Source: Gekko japonicus (taxonomy: Eukaryota). From it: DNA of 64,000 nt. The stretch is taken from contig NW_015171584.1 of assembly GCF_001447785.1 (NCBI RefSeq), positions 152,051-216,050 on the forward strand, written 5' to 3'. The notes beneath the pieces were generated by a model that was given only the letters and a program-made list of their open reading frames with translations, was not told the origin of the DNA and ran no database searches. Of the stretch, positions 36,414 to 47,335 are shown in pieces (position 1 is the first letter of the stretch; the number at the start of each line of letters is the position of its first letter). A program made the translations under genes and the position numbers.

Positions 36414-36964
36414 GGATTCTGGGTGCTGTGAAGCCCACCACTTGCCTCTTAGATCTGTGCCTATCATGGCTGGTGAAAGCCAGTGGTGATGGAATACGAA
36501 TCCCCTGGTGGACATTATAAACCTGTCCCTGAATTTGGGGGGATCTACCCCAGAGGATTAAAGTAGGCTGTGGTGAGGCTGCTCTTGAAGAAACCATCTC
36601 TGGATTCAACTGATCTGTCCAATTATTTTCCCGTATTGCATCGTTCATTTCTGGGTAAGGAAGTTGAGAGAGTGGCAGTGGAACAGCTCCAGACTTTCCT
36701 GGAGGACACATTGGCTCTGGACCCATTTCAGTCTGCCTTCCACCCCAGCCAGATGCTGCCCCAGATATTTTGGCTGAAGGTTGGAGACTGTGGTTGGATG
36801 GCTGAAAAGGAGCCAGCTGAAATTAAACCTATCTAAGATGGAGGTTCTGTGACTGGGCTGGGGAGATTCCACATTAGAGTGCCAACTCTCAGCTCTTGAT
36901 GGTGTGTGTTTAATGGCAGCACTGGCTGTCAAGAGCCTGGGTGTGATTCTGAATGCTTCCCTGA

Positions 36965-37561
36965 ATGCGGTGGCACAGGCGGTAAGTGAAGCCTGCATTA
37001 ACATCTGGCTGAACAGCTCCAGCTGTTCGAGCCCCACCGTGGCCGGGGTGAGCTCTTGGCCCTATGTCCCAGCTCCCGCCCACCCAGTGGCCCAAAAGCC
37101 TATTAAAGGGCGAATAGAGTGGGGGAGCATCCGTCCCTTGTGTAGCGGCGGCAGCGGTGAACGATGAGCGGTGGTGGTGAAATATGGCGGCAGCTGGCTA
37201 GGCAAAAATCGAGCGAAGGAGGCTGGACCAACAAACACGGAGGCAGAGCGTCACAGCAGGCCGAAGCCTAGTCTGGACAGAGGCCACAGCGAGCATGTGC
37301 GGAAGTGTGAGTGGCCCAGGCCCAGAAAATGAATCGCAACAGCCGGAAAGCGCAACTTCAAAGACCAGCACCAAAGAGGACGCCGCTGGACTATCTTCCA
37401 CAAAAGAAAGATACCAACGAAGATCCGCTACAAAAAAGGGGTGCCTGGTAGGCTTGTCACTTTCCCTATATGTATGTGGCCCTAGACTAGGATGTGTATT
37501 AATTGAAACATGTAAGCCGCTCAGAGCCCTAAGGGGTGAGCGGGATACAAATTGAAGGAAA

Positions 37562-37612
<51 letters not shown>

Positions 37613-37613
37613 A
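36965..37613 (+). mobile_element. Chimeric SINE-like element, near full length (tRNA/Sauria-like head, GC-rich body, L2-type tail, (TAAA)n)
   Basis: A-box-like TGGCACAGGCGG (~36971) and B-box GTTCGAGCC (~37025); GGGGTGAGCTC..GTCCCAGCTCC segment; TGTAAGCCGCTCAGAG tail. Confidence 0.65.
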
Positions 37614-38389
37614 TGTGTCTAGGCTGGCATTTTCCCATTTATGACAGATTAGACAACTGGCCTTCCTCCTGTCCCTTCCTGACTTAGCCACAGTGATCTA
37701 TTCAAAGGAACCTCCAGATTAGATTACTGTAACTCACTCTTCGCAGGGCTACCCTTGAGGCTGACCCAGAAACTTCAACTGGTCCAGAATGTGACAGCAT
37801 GTGTTCTCTCAGGAACCCCATTTAGAGCCCATATCCAACTGGTGCTCTGCCAACTGCACTGGCTCTATGTCAAATATCAGATCAGGTTCAAGGTTTTGGC
37901 ACTAATCTTTAAGACCCTAAACAGTCTGGGACCAGCATATCTGCAGGATTGCCTCTTCTGGTATGTTCCATAAAGAGCATTACACTCAATGAATGACAAC
38001 CTACTAGTGATCCCTGGCCTGAGAAGCATCCAGCTGTCCTCAACCAGAACCAGGGCTTTTTTGACCTTGGCCCCGACAAGGTGGAACTCTTTGCTGAGTG
38101 AGATCCAGGCCCTGCAAGACAGCTTATGGATGGACAATGACGGTTTCCATCAAGACTGACTTCCCTTTCCTCTCTCCCTTTCCTCTCCCTCTTTGTCCCC
38201 CTGTCCCTTCCCTCCCCTCTCCTACCCTTATTTGTTATTCCTTATTTAATTTCTACAATATTACTTCCCTCTGAATAAGGGGCACTAGGCTGTGCTTCCT
38301 TTTTATACATCATTGTATTCATTGTTAGTAGTGTTGTTAAGAACTTTTAATTCTAATTTGTTATTATTTTATTCTAATTGCTTGTTATC

Positions 38390-41062
38390 CAATCCAATCT
38401 AATTTATTACAGCAAGAGCCAGTAAAGCAGTAAAATTCTGATATAAGAAAAATTAAAACAATAATAACATGGGAATAGTATAAAAACATTAACAAGAGAA
38501 AATTAATAAAATTAGTAAAATAAAATAATATTAATAAGAAAATCATACAGTGTTTTCAGCTAAAATAAGTTTATGTTTCCTAATAGCTAAGCAACAAAAT
38601 TTTGCCACAGAATAAGTCACTGAGCTCTGAACGTCTTCTAAGAGGAATTTCTGAAGGACTTCTGGCCTAAAGTCAAGATAAGACTGCAGAGGGCTAAATC
38701 TAGACAGAAGGGGTTGTATAAGATGGTCTCGTTCCTTCTGATAGAATCTGCAGAACATGAGGACATGAGTAACTGATTCCACCATATTAGCCATGCATGG
38801 GCATATACGTTCATGCATTGGAATTTGAGTGAATTTACCTTGCTGTACAGTGGAGGGGAGTGCCTCAGAACGGGCTCTGGAAAAGGCCCATCTATAGGGC
38901 TCATAGTTAATATTAACTAAATAAGGAGCAGCAGTAAAATTAGGCAACGATTTTATATTTCTGAAGTTCTTGGACAGTGAAGCTTCTTCATTTTCTAAAT
39001 CAATATCATGTGGCAACTGTTTTTGCCTTGTATAGGCTTCCATAGAAGAGATCTTCTGGGAATAGGCCAATCTGAGTTAATTTATTAAGAATTTGTGTGA
39101 ACCAGGCAGGGTAAGGGTCTGAGGCTAAAAGGTAAGGTATTAAACCCTTTGGGTTGTAATGCATTTTTAGCCAGACTGTTATAGCCTACTCCCAGACCTT
39201 TGCTTCAACTCTGAATAGCCCAGCCTCTTACCTAAGTGTTACATTAGAAGTGCTTCTAGGAACATCAAATAGAGATCTAAGAAATTTAGATTGAACCCCT
39301 TCAAAGGTGTTTAGATTGGCAGAAAGTCCAATTTGTGAGCCATACAGGAGTTGAACCAATGATTCTGCCTGGAAGGTTTTTAAGGCCATGGGGAGAAAAC
39401 CTGCACCTTTCCTTCTAAATAATCGAAGGCCCCGGTCACACGGGCAGGAAACTGCAGAGGAGAAGCGTGGCTGTTTGCCCTGGGGCAAACTACTGCGCAG
39501 TTACGCGATCAGACCTCCTGTGGAGGTTCTGTGGAGGTACCGTGGAGGTTCCATGGCAAGGGAGAGGTGCCGATCACAGGACAAGCCAGCGCACAATGAA
39601 GAAGCGCGCGCCGCGGCAAACTGTTTTTTATTTTTGTGTACATGACAAATGCGCATGCTCCGTTGGGTGCGCGTGCGCATCCACAGAGACTTGGACAAAA
39701 AAAACACACCTTATTTGCAAGGGGACATGGGCGGGCGCCGGATGCCACCGGAAACGCGATCAGACGCCCGCCCTTGCCCCGCAGTTTCCGGAAACTAGTA
39801 CCTCCAAGGTACTAGTTTTTTGCCACGCAGTTTCGGCTGGAAGCCTCGGTTGAGCCACGGGAGTGCTACGCTTCCCAGATGTGCTGGTGAGATCGCGCCC
39901 GGAAACTCCGGCTGTTTTCCGTCTCACTTGTGTGGCTTCTGTTACGTGTGACCGCAGCCGAAGAATGGCATTTGCACTTCATTCTGCCAAGTTAGCTGAT
40001 GAGGACAGATGTGCTGAGAATTTGGAATTATAAGAAAAGGTAATGCCTAAGTATTGAAAGTTCTTAACTTGGTCTATGGCATTTCTTTTACTATTCCACT
40101 TGAACTTCCCGAATGAGTTACCGAAATGGACAATTTTAGTTTTAGCAAAATTAATAGTTAATAATTCAGTGTCACGTTGCTCTTTAAATTTTATCAGGAC
40201 TTGCTTCAGGCCAATCCTTGTCTGGGATAAAAGAAAAGCATCGTCAGCATACATTAAGATTGGAACCTTTCTGCTACCCGAGAATGAGGGAGCATGAGTA
40301 TCAATTGAATGAAGGCATGTGATTAAAGAGTTAACATAGATGTTAAACAAGAAGGGAGCCAAAAGGCAACCTTGTCTGACTCCTTTTTGCACTGGAATTC
40401 TTTTTGATAGTTTCCCATCTTGTGTGAGTCTTATTTGGATGTTAATTTTTTGTGCAGTTTAATTAATAGATGCAATAGCCTTCTATCAATACTCATGTCA
40501 GCCAATTGGCCCAAAGCCTTCTCCTAGGAACAGAATCAAAGGCCGCCTTGAGGTCCACAAAGGCCACATACAAAGTATTCTTCCGATGCTTCACATATTT
40601 TAAAATAAAATAATCTAGGACCAAGCAATGATCAATAGTAGCGCACCCAGGTGTGAAACCAGCTTGTTCAATTTCAAGTAAGTTGCTATGATCTAGTCAT
40701 TCACACAGCTTCTGATAGAGGTGTTTAGTATATAACTTACAAATCACATTCAGAAGACTAATTGGTCTGTAGTTCAATGGGTCATAGGGGCTACCCTTTT
40801 TAAATAAAGGGGCAATTATACCCAAGCTCCAGTATTTAGGAATCTGAGTTGAGGCATCTATATAGGAGAAAAGATTTGCTAAGACTGGAGCCCATCAATC
40901 TATGTGTGATTTTAAAAGTTCAGTAACTATAAAGTCACCTCCTGGGGCTTTTCCTGGTTTCAATTGTGATATTAACAAGGTAGTTTCAGATACAGAGACT
41001 GGAGGCCATTGTGTGGAGTGATCTAACAGAATATCAGGAGGAGCAAAATACTGCTGATCCCT
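38390..41062 (-). mobile_element. 5'-truncated non-LTR retrotransposon (RTE-X-like; clade uncertain), decayed ORF2 RT plus C-terminal Cys/His region
   Basis: RT motifs GVRQGCLLAPFLF, YADD and YLG (ORF 39979-40392); C-terminal CPC..VE..HVL..C (ORF 38543-39070); short (ATTGG)n tail; 15-bp TSD TAAT(T/G)GCTTGTTATC at 38375-38389 and 41063-41077. Confidence 0.88.
39428..39959. mobile_element. PIF/Harbinger-like MITE, 532 bp, nested in a LINE ORF2
   Basis: TIR GGCCCCGGTCACACG / CGTGTGACCGCAGCC; 3-bp TSD GAA; interrupts LINE coding sequence. Confidence 0.82.
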
Positions 41063-42253
41063 TAATGGCTTGTTATCATGTTACCATTGTTGTTATCTGC
41101 CCTGAGCCTTGTTGAACATGTGAGGGTGGATTATAAACACAACAAACAAACAAACATGCTTTGGGAGTGTCCAGTCATTCAGGGTTTTTTTTTTCTGGGA
41201 AAAAGTTATTATCCATATCAATTATGTGTTAGAATATTCATTGATTTTTGAGGATGCTTATGCACTTTTAAACTATCTGCCCACCTCAGTGAAAATGAAC
41301 CTTCCATACCCTCAGTAAAATACTCATATTACAACATTGGATAGATAAAAGTCCACCTCTAGTAAATCAATGGATTGAGGATTTTAGTAATATTTGAACA
41401 CATGGCATATAGATGACAATTGTGTATGGATTTATTTTTAGATATCTGGAAATATTTTATAGAATCTTAAGCTGATTGCTAGAATTACAGCAAAGAGTTT
41501 CTACCATTCAGGCAAGGACGTGAGTCTCGGGATGATGAATTCTGTTATTGTTTTTTGAATTCCATCTATGCATTATGAAGTTCTTATTTTTGTTAGGGAA
41601 CAATGTGAGGGCTTTGTATCACACATGCAATGGGAGTACTATGCCTCCCCAGTGCATACTGTCTCTTTTCTGCTTAAGACCATCATACATAGGGAGAAGC
41701 ACCTTTAGCCCCACACTGTATCAGCTTCTGCAAATGGCCCCATAGAACCACTACTGGTTCCATTGCAAAAATCACTTCACTTGCATGGCTACACATACAT
41801 TTCACAGCAGAGCCACTAGTGGCTCCAATGGGTGGCTTGCAGATGCAAAATCATAAGGGGTGGGTGGGTTAAAAGCTATTTATCCTTGTGTTGAGTTGTA
41901 ACAAATAGAAACGAACCACTGTGTATCTGGGAGGAACAAAACTCCCATCACACATTTGATACGTGTTATACAAAATCTTCATGTTGTTCCCCAACAAAAA
42001 TAAAGACTTTGTCTTTAGCTGGAGCCTGAGTATCTCTTGTTCCTTGCCTTGTTTCATCTGATGTTGTACAAGCAAAGGGACTAGCACCTAGTAGAGCATA
42101 CATGCATATCGTCATTATCCAAATGTATTTGGTGAACTTGTCTTCCCCAGTATCAAGTAGACAGTGAAAGGAAACATCCAACAGTATAGCTGGTTTTATT
42201 AATGGGATATGGGGTGGGCTTGTGTAAGTAATCTAAAAACAGAGCCATCTTTT

Positions 42254-43312
42254 CTAAGGATGCCAGGAGTCCCTATTTATTTCCTGTGGGTGGACTACTG
42301 GCATTCTAATTGATTTATTTATAAAGGTCCGCTTCTGTGTAAAAAAAATATTGGTTTCATGAATTCTATTAGAAGACAGAAGTTTAGCCATAGTCTTTCT
42401 AACAGCCTCTTTAAACTCCCTGTTTCTCAGTGTATATATAAAGGGATTGATCATGGGAGTCAGGATTGTGTAGAAAACAGAGAAGACTTTGTTCAAATCC
42501 CGCAGTTCCTTGGTCTTTGGTAATATGTACACAATGATGAGGGTTCCATAGAAAAGGGAGACCACAATAAGATGAGAGGAACAAGTAGAAAAGGCTTTGC
42601 CCCTGCCACTGTTGGAAGGAATTCTCAAAATGGTGATGATGATGCATACGTATGAGGCCAGTGTGAACAACAGTGGTGGCAGTGTGCATGCGGAGCCCAA
42701 GACAGTCATCACTGTTTCTGTCTGCTGAGTGTCACTGCAGGAGAGCATTAACAACGGTGTATAATCACAGAAGAAATGGTCGATTTCATTGGGGCCACAG
42801 TAGTTCAGCTGGGAAGCAAAGAATGTTGTGAACGCACTAGCTACAATGCCAATCATCCATGAAGCGATTAACAGTTGAACACACAGCTTGGTATTCATGA
42901 GGGTTACGTAATAGAGTGGTTTGCATATAGCCACGTATCGGTCATAAGACATCACAGAGAAGAGGTAGCTCTCAGCTGCAGCCAAAAAAGCAAAGAAATA
43001 AAACTGAATGAAACATCCATTAAAAGAAATCCCATGATAGTCATTTATAAAGCTGGCCAAAATCCTAGGAAGGACTGTTGAAGTGTAGCAAGTCTCTAAA
43101 AGGGATAAGTTGGCCAGAAAGAAGTACATTGGTTTGTGAAGGTGGGGTTTAGCCAGAACTACGGAAGCTATAAGGATGTTCCCAGCCATTGTTACCAGGT
43201 AAATTGTGGAAAACATGCCAAGGAGGAGATGCTGCTGTTCTGGAAGAGTCTTGAATCCTATGAGGACAAATTCTGTGACTCTTGTCTGATTGTACCAAGG
43301 TGTCTCTGCCAT
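42254..43312 (-). CDS. Olfactory receptor, class II, intact, ~352 aa with long C-tail (OR-E; paralog of OR-D)
   Basis: Canonical motifs. ATG at 43312 (MAETPWYNQT) aligns with the OR-D start, and an upstream acceptor AG lies at 43338-43339. Confidence 0.95.
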   Translation of the reverse strand: MAETPWYNQTRVTEFVLIGFKTLPEQQHLLLGMFSTIYLVTMAGNILIASVVLAKPHLHKPMYFFLANLSLLETCYTSTVLPRILASFINDYHGISFNGCFIQFYFFAFLAAAESYLFSVMSYDRYVAICKPLYYVTLMNTKLCVQLLIASWMIGIVASAFTTFFASQLNYCGPNEIDHFFCDYTPLLMLSCSDTQQTETVMTVLGSACTLPPLLFTLASYVCIIITILRIPSNSGRGKAFSTCSSHLIVVSLFYGTLIIVYILPKTKELRDLNKVFSVFYTILTPMINPFIYTLRNREFKEAVRKTMAKLLSSNRIHETNIFFTQKRTFINKSIRMPVVHPQEINRDSWHP

Positions 43313-44065
43313 GTTTAATCCAATGACTACGTAGATGCTGCCAAACAAATTAGATTGTGCGGAGCATGCACATTTCTAGTGAAAGAAGATTAGAGAAAGT
43401 ATTCATATTCTTTGATATCTGCATTCCCATGTCAACAGTAAAAACAACAGGATAGTAACATTGATCTGTAAAACTTAAATCACAGAATTACCAATTCTAT
43501 TGCATTGTATAACCAATAAGATGTGATTTTTTTTGAACACGTGATGAGGGTTGCCATGAACAATGGGTCGTGGCACATGTTATATTGTTACTTAACAAGG
43601 GCTCCAATTATTTCTACTCCTTTACAGTTAACTTCACTCTGCTACCTTTGTAGGATGGATGCTTTATGCTTAATTATACTGTGGTTACCTTATGTATAAT
43701 CAGGCAACAATTAAAAATCTACATCTGTTATCTATTGCTATCCACAGAAGAAACAAGACTTATTTTGTAGTGGATAAGTACCAGAACTCAGATTTTTGGT
43801 GGTTTCTTAAAACTCTTCAGAACGTTGCTTGAGTGATGAAATGCATACCCATTTTACTCCACAGGTTATTGTTCCAGTGTAGGAATTAGCTGAATCCAAA
43901 TTATAAGGCATATGTGTTCAATCAAGTAACATTATTATAGAAGGTTGATCATCATTTGGAGGTAAGAGTGTCATGTCAAGAACAAAATGCCCTCCTAGTG
44001 CACACTACTGTGCAAACACATCTCTGTGTGCCTTGGTGTGAAGCCATGTTAGTTTGTAGTAGCAA

Positions 44066-44263
44066 ACAGAACTTCAACTCCAGTAGCACCTTAAATACCA
44101 ACAATTTTTTCCCACAGTATAAGCTCTTGTGAATCCAAGCTCACTTTGTCAGATACAGTTCTTTATTCTTATTTGTATCTGACAAAGTGAACTTTGGCTC
44201 ATGAATTCTTATAACCTGGAAAATGTTGTTGATCTTTAAGGTTCTACTGAACTTGATTTCTGG
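44066..44263. mobile_element. Penelope-derived inverted repeat with two degenerate minimal hammerhead-like cores
   Basis: Arms 44066-44156 and 44175-44263 are imperfect reverse complements. Each reads GTAT-CTGACAA-stem II-(G/A)A..CTTA-TA. Confidence 0.65.
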
Positions 44264-44779
44264 TGCAGTTTTGAATACTATAGACCTATGGCACAATTTA
44301 TATAGTGCTGCTCTATTGACCAAGAATCACATCTGGAAGATTATCAAAATTTAAGTTTCTTGGCACGATCTCTGTCCATTAATGTATTTCATATATGCTT
44401 GGTGGTATCCAGCCAGGTTTTTCATTCAATATAACCCAATTCCCCTCCATACTATGTCTCCCATCCCACATAACTTTTGTCCATGCATGCCCCATGGGCC
44501 CCAGCGTACTCTTCTTGGGTGGTCAAAGGGGATCCTTTCTCAATTTCTCAACAATGAGATATGGACTGCAGCTTCTGACGAGATGCCTTTAATCTTTTTT
44601 TTCCCCAGGGGCTAATCACACTGCACATTGTTTGTGGAATTTGCTAACTGACAAGTTACAGAAGGGAGCTACAATGAGAATGCAATAAAGAATAAAACAC
44701 ACAGAGAACCTTTGTAAAGAAAGAAGGATGGGATACTTTAATATTTTTGGAAGACTAATAAGGAATACAATATTTACCT

Positions 44780-45003
44780 AGTTCATTCATACCCTGTCTT
44801 TCTCCTCAACAGGGACCTGATGTGTCTCAAATCATTCTGCTCTCCTCCATATTTATCCTCACAACAATCATGTGAGGTAGGTTAGGCTGAAAGAGAGTGA
44901 CTGGCCCAAGGTTACCCAGCAAGCTTCCATGGCAAAGTGGGGGTTTGAACCTGGGTATCCCAGATCCTAGCCTGACACTGTAACTACTACACCACACTGG
45001 CTG
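44780..45003 (-). mobile_element. Older MIR/Squam3-related tRNA SINE
   Basis: Reverse complement of the 28292 family. Confidence 0.72.
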
Positions 45004-45457
45004 GAACATCTTTATGAAATTGCCTGATCCTTAATCAAACCATTGGTCTACGTTTTCTAAATCATTCCTTAAAACGTCTCCTCATCAATACATTCACTAG
45101 CAATGGCTCAGCAACCTTCTACTGTATTGGAAAACTGTGTATTTGCAATTTGTTATGCTAGATGTACAAGACCCACCTGATGATTTTAATATAACTCTAG
45201 AAATCTCTCATGCATAAACACACACATACACCGAGAAAGGTTGACCTTCATATATGCTCCCCCATCACTACTAGGATCACTTCCTTAGCATGTCAGGAGT
45301 CTTCAGTATGGATTCGCTGGTAAATTTCCATCTCTCAGAAAATGTGTGTCTGTAGATAAAGACATGTTCCGGTTTGTATTAGAATATTCTAGCTTGTACT
45401 ATATCTGTACTATATATTGGAAGCCCCCTCTAAAAATGCACAGTTGTTTTCCTGTAG

Positions 45458-45665
45458 TTATCTTTCCTGCACAAAATGCAATCTCTCTGGACACTTTTTC
45501 CACAGGGAATTATATACTCACCTGAGATGAGCAATCTGAAACACAAGGGTGTATTTAAACACTATTAGATTGAAAATACTGTAGTAGAATTCCCCCAGGA
45601 AACTTGTTCTCTAAAGATGTGGAATCACAGTCTTGGTAAACTCACACACTGTTCCCCAAGGAATA
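45458..45665 (-). promoter_or_regulatory. Putative 5' non-coding exon/promoter of OR-E (donor CAG|GTGAGT, intron 45521-43338)
   Basis: Paralog-conserved block; O/E-consensus palindrome TTCCCCAAGGGAA at 45652-45664. Confidence 0.58.
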
Positions 45666-47121
45666 TGGGGAAAATATATATGGCAGTCAAAACATAACTT
45701 TGTTTTTGGCTCGTTATTATATTTCAAACATAGAGGTCACCCAGATGAAATGACAGAGGACAAAAGAAAGCAATGTTTTATGCAATGCATAATGCTGGAA
45801 TTTGCTGCTGTACCATTTCTCTTGCATGACTTTAAAGATGACTTTAAAAAGGGTTAGATATACATATATGGAGGCAAGGTCTACCAACAACTAGGAGCTA
45901 TGATAGTGGTTAACTGGAAACCCAGTGTACTCCGAAACCACTCTGGACACCATAGAACCCTATCTTCCACATTAGTAGACTCTGCTGTTAATTCATTGCA
46001 GGATATGCCCTATTTAATGATAAATTAATATATCAATGAAACATTTAGAGAAATGAGAGGCTTTTTCTCCACCTCATGGTTACTAGAAAATAGAATTGCT
46101 ATATAAGTGTTATAAATATGACCCTCGTCTGAGGTGATATGAAATGGCAGACTAGGGACCTCATGATGTCTTAATGATCATGCACATTTACATGTATGTG
46201 ACTGGTGCAGCCTCATCAACATCTCCCAAAGATTGCAACCTAGAGATCCTGGGAAAAGAGGCTGAATTCTTGAAGAATGACAATGATAGAAGCTCACATT
46301 ATGAAGATGAACCCCCAGATAGCATCTTTAAAAAATTATCTCATCTTTCTTCCTTCATGGAATTTAAGGAAGGATATGGAAGGATCCCAGGAAATTTTCT
46401 ATCCCGGCACAGCTCACAACCCAATATACATTGCTGTATTATGGACCTTCACAACATACCCTTGTGCAGTAATCCTCAACATGGTTTCCATGGGCACGAT
46501 AATACGTTCCAATGAGTTTCCTGGTGCTCAGTTCCTTCTTCATCAAAACATAGATTAAATTCCCACTTTCTTTCACCTCATTGGAGAAGTGCTTCGGAAG
46601 AGACCAGGAAGGCATAGTTATTATGGCTGCAGTGAACAGCTATTTAGAAACAGCTACCTTTATCAAGGGAGGATGCCTATCCCGGAACCTCCCCATATTT
46701 TGTGACTGTCCTCAGCCCACATGGCAGCCATTTGGTGGTGGTGCCTGCTCAATGTTCTCAAGATTCAGGAAGGATAATAAGGTTATTCTATGTCCCTGTG
46801 CTAGGGACATAGAAAATAGAGATGGTTCTGGGGTATTACATACTATCCCACCCATTCATCAAAGGAACTCATTTTATCCTCCCTACAAGTAAGCCTGTCA
46901 GAATGACTAGTCATTGCCAGGAAATTTTGTGGTTTTCCCAGTTCTTTCCACTCTAGTCTGTCACTACCCATTGGTAAAAAGAGACCATTAATAAGGCCTG
47001 TGTAGATGTAGCTTTGTGGAACCTACTGTTTATTTAAACCCTGATCTTCTCCTCAATGTGATCCCAAAACAACATACAATATCATTTACCCCTCATCCAT
47101 TTTACCCTTATAGCCCTGTGA

Positions 47122-47335
47122 NNNNNNNNNNNNNNNNNNNNNNNNNNNNNNNNNNNNNNNNNNNNNNNNNNNNNNNNNNNNNNNNNNNNNNNNNNNNNNN
47201 NNNNNNNNNNNNNNNNNNNNNNNNNNNNNNNNNNNNNNNNNNNNNNNNNNNNNNNNNNNNNNNNNNNNNNNNNNNNNNNNNNNNNNNNNNNNNNNNNNNN
47301 NNNNNNNNNNNNNNNNNNNNNNNNNNNNNNNNNNN
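47122..47335. other. Assembly gap (inside a SINE)
   Basis: N run. Confidence 1.

Larger units (their letters stand above)
35740..41156 (+). mobile_element. Decayed L2-type LINE, fragmented by nested insertions
   Basis: L2/CR1-group ORF2 remnants (LLKKPSLD...LDPFQS, KLQLVQN...LHWL...FKVL); 3' end GCCCTGAGCC...(CAAA)n at ~41100-41156. Confidence 0.75.

Noticed and set aside
35854-36726. Long ORFs of 142-290 aa (also 47016-47396)
   Set aside because: Artefacts of reading through N gaps.
37040-37126. HDV-like ribozyme (GGCCGG...GTCCCAGCTCC...GGCGAAT)
   Set aside because: The resemblance is superficial. I could not build a consistent P1/P1.1/P2/P3 double pseudoknot by hand; an RNArobo or Infernal search would be needed.
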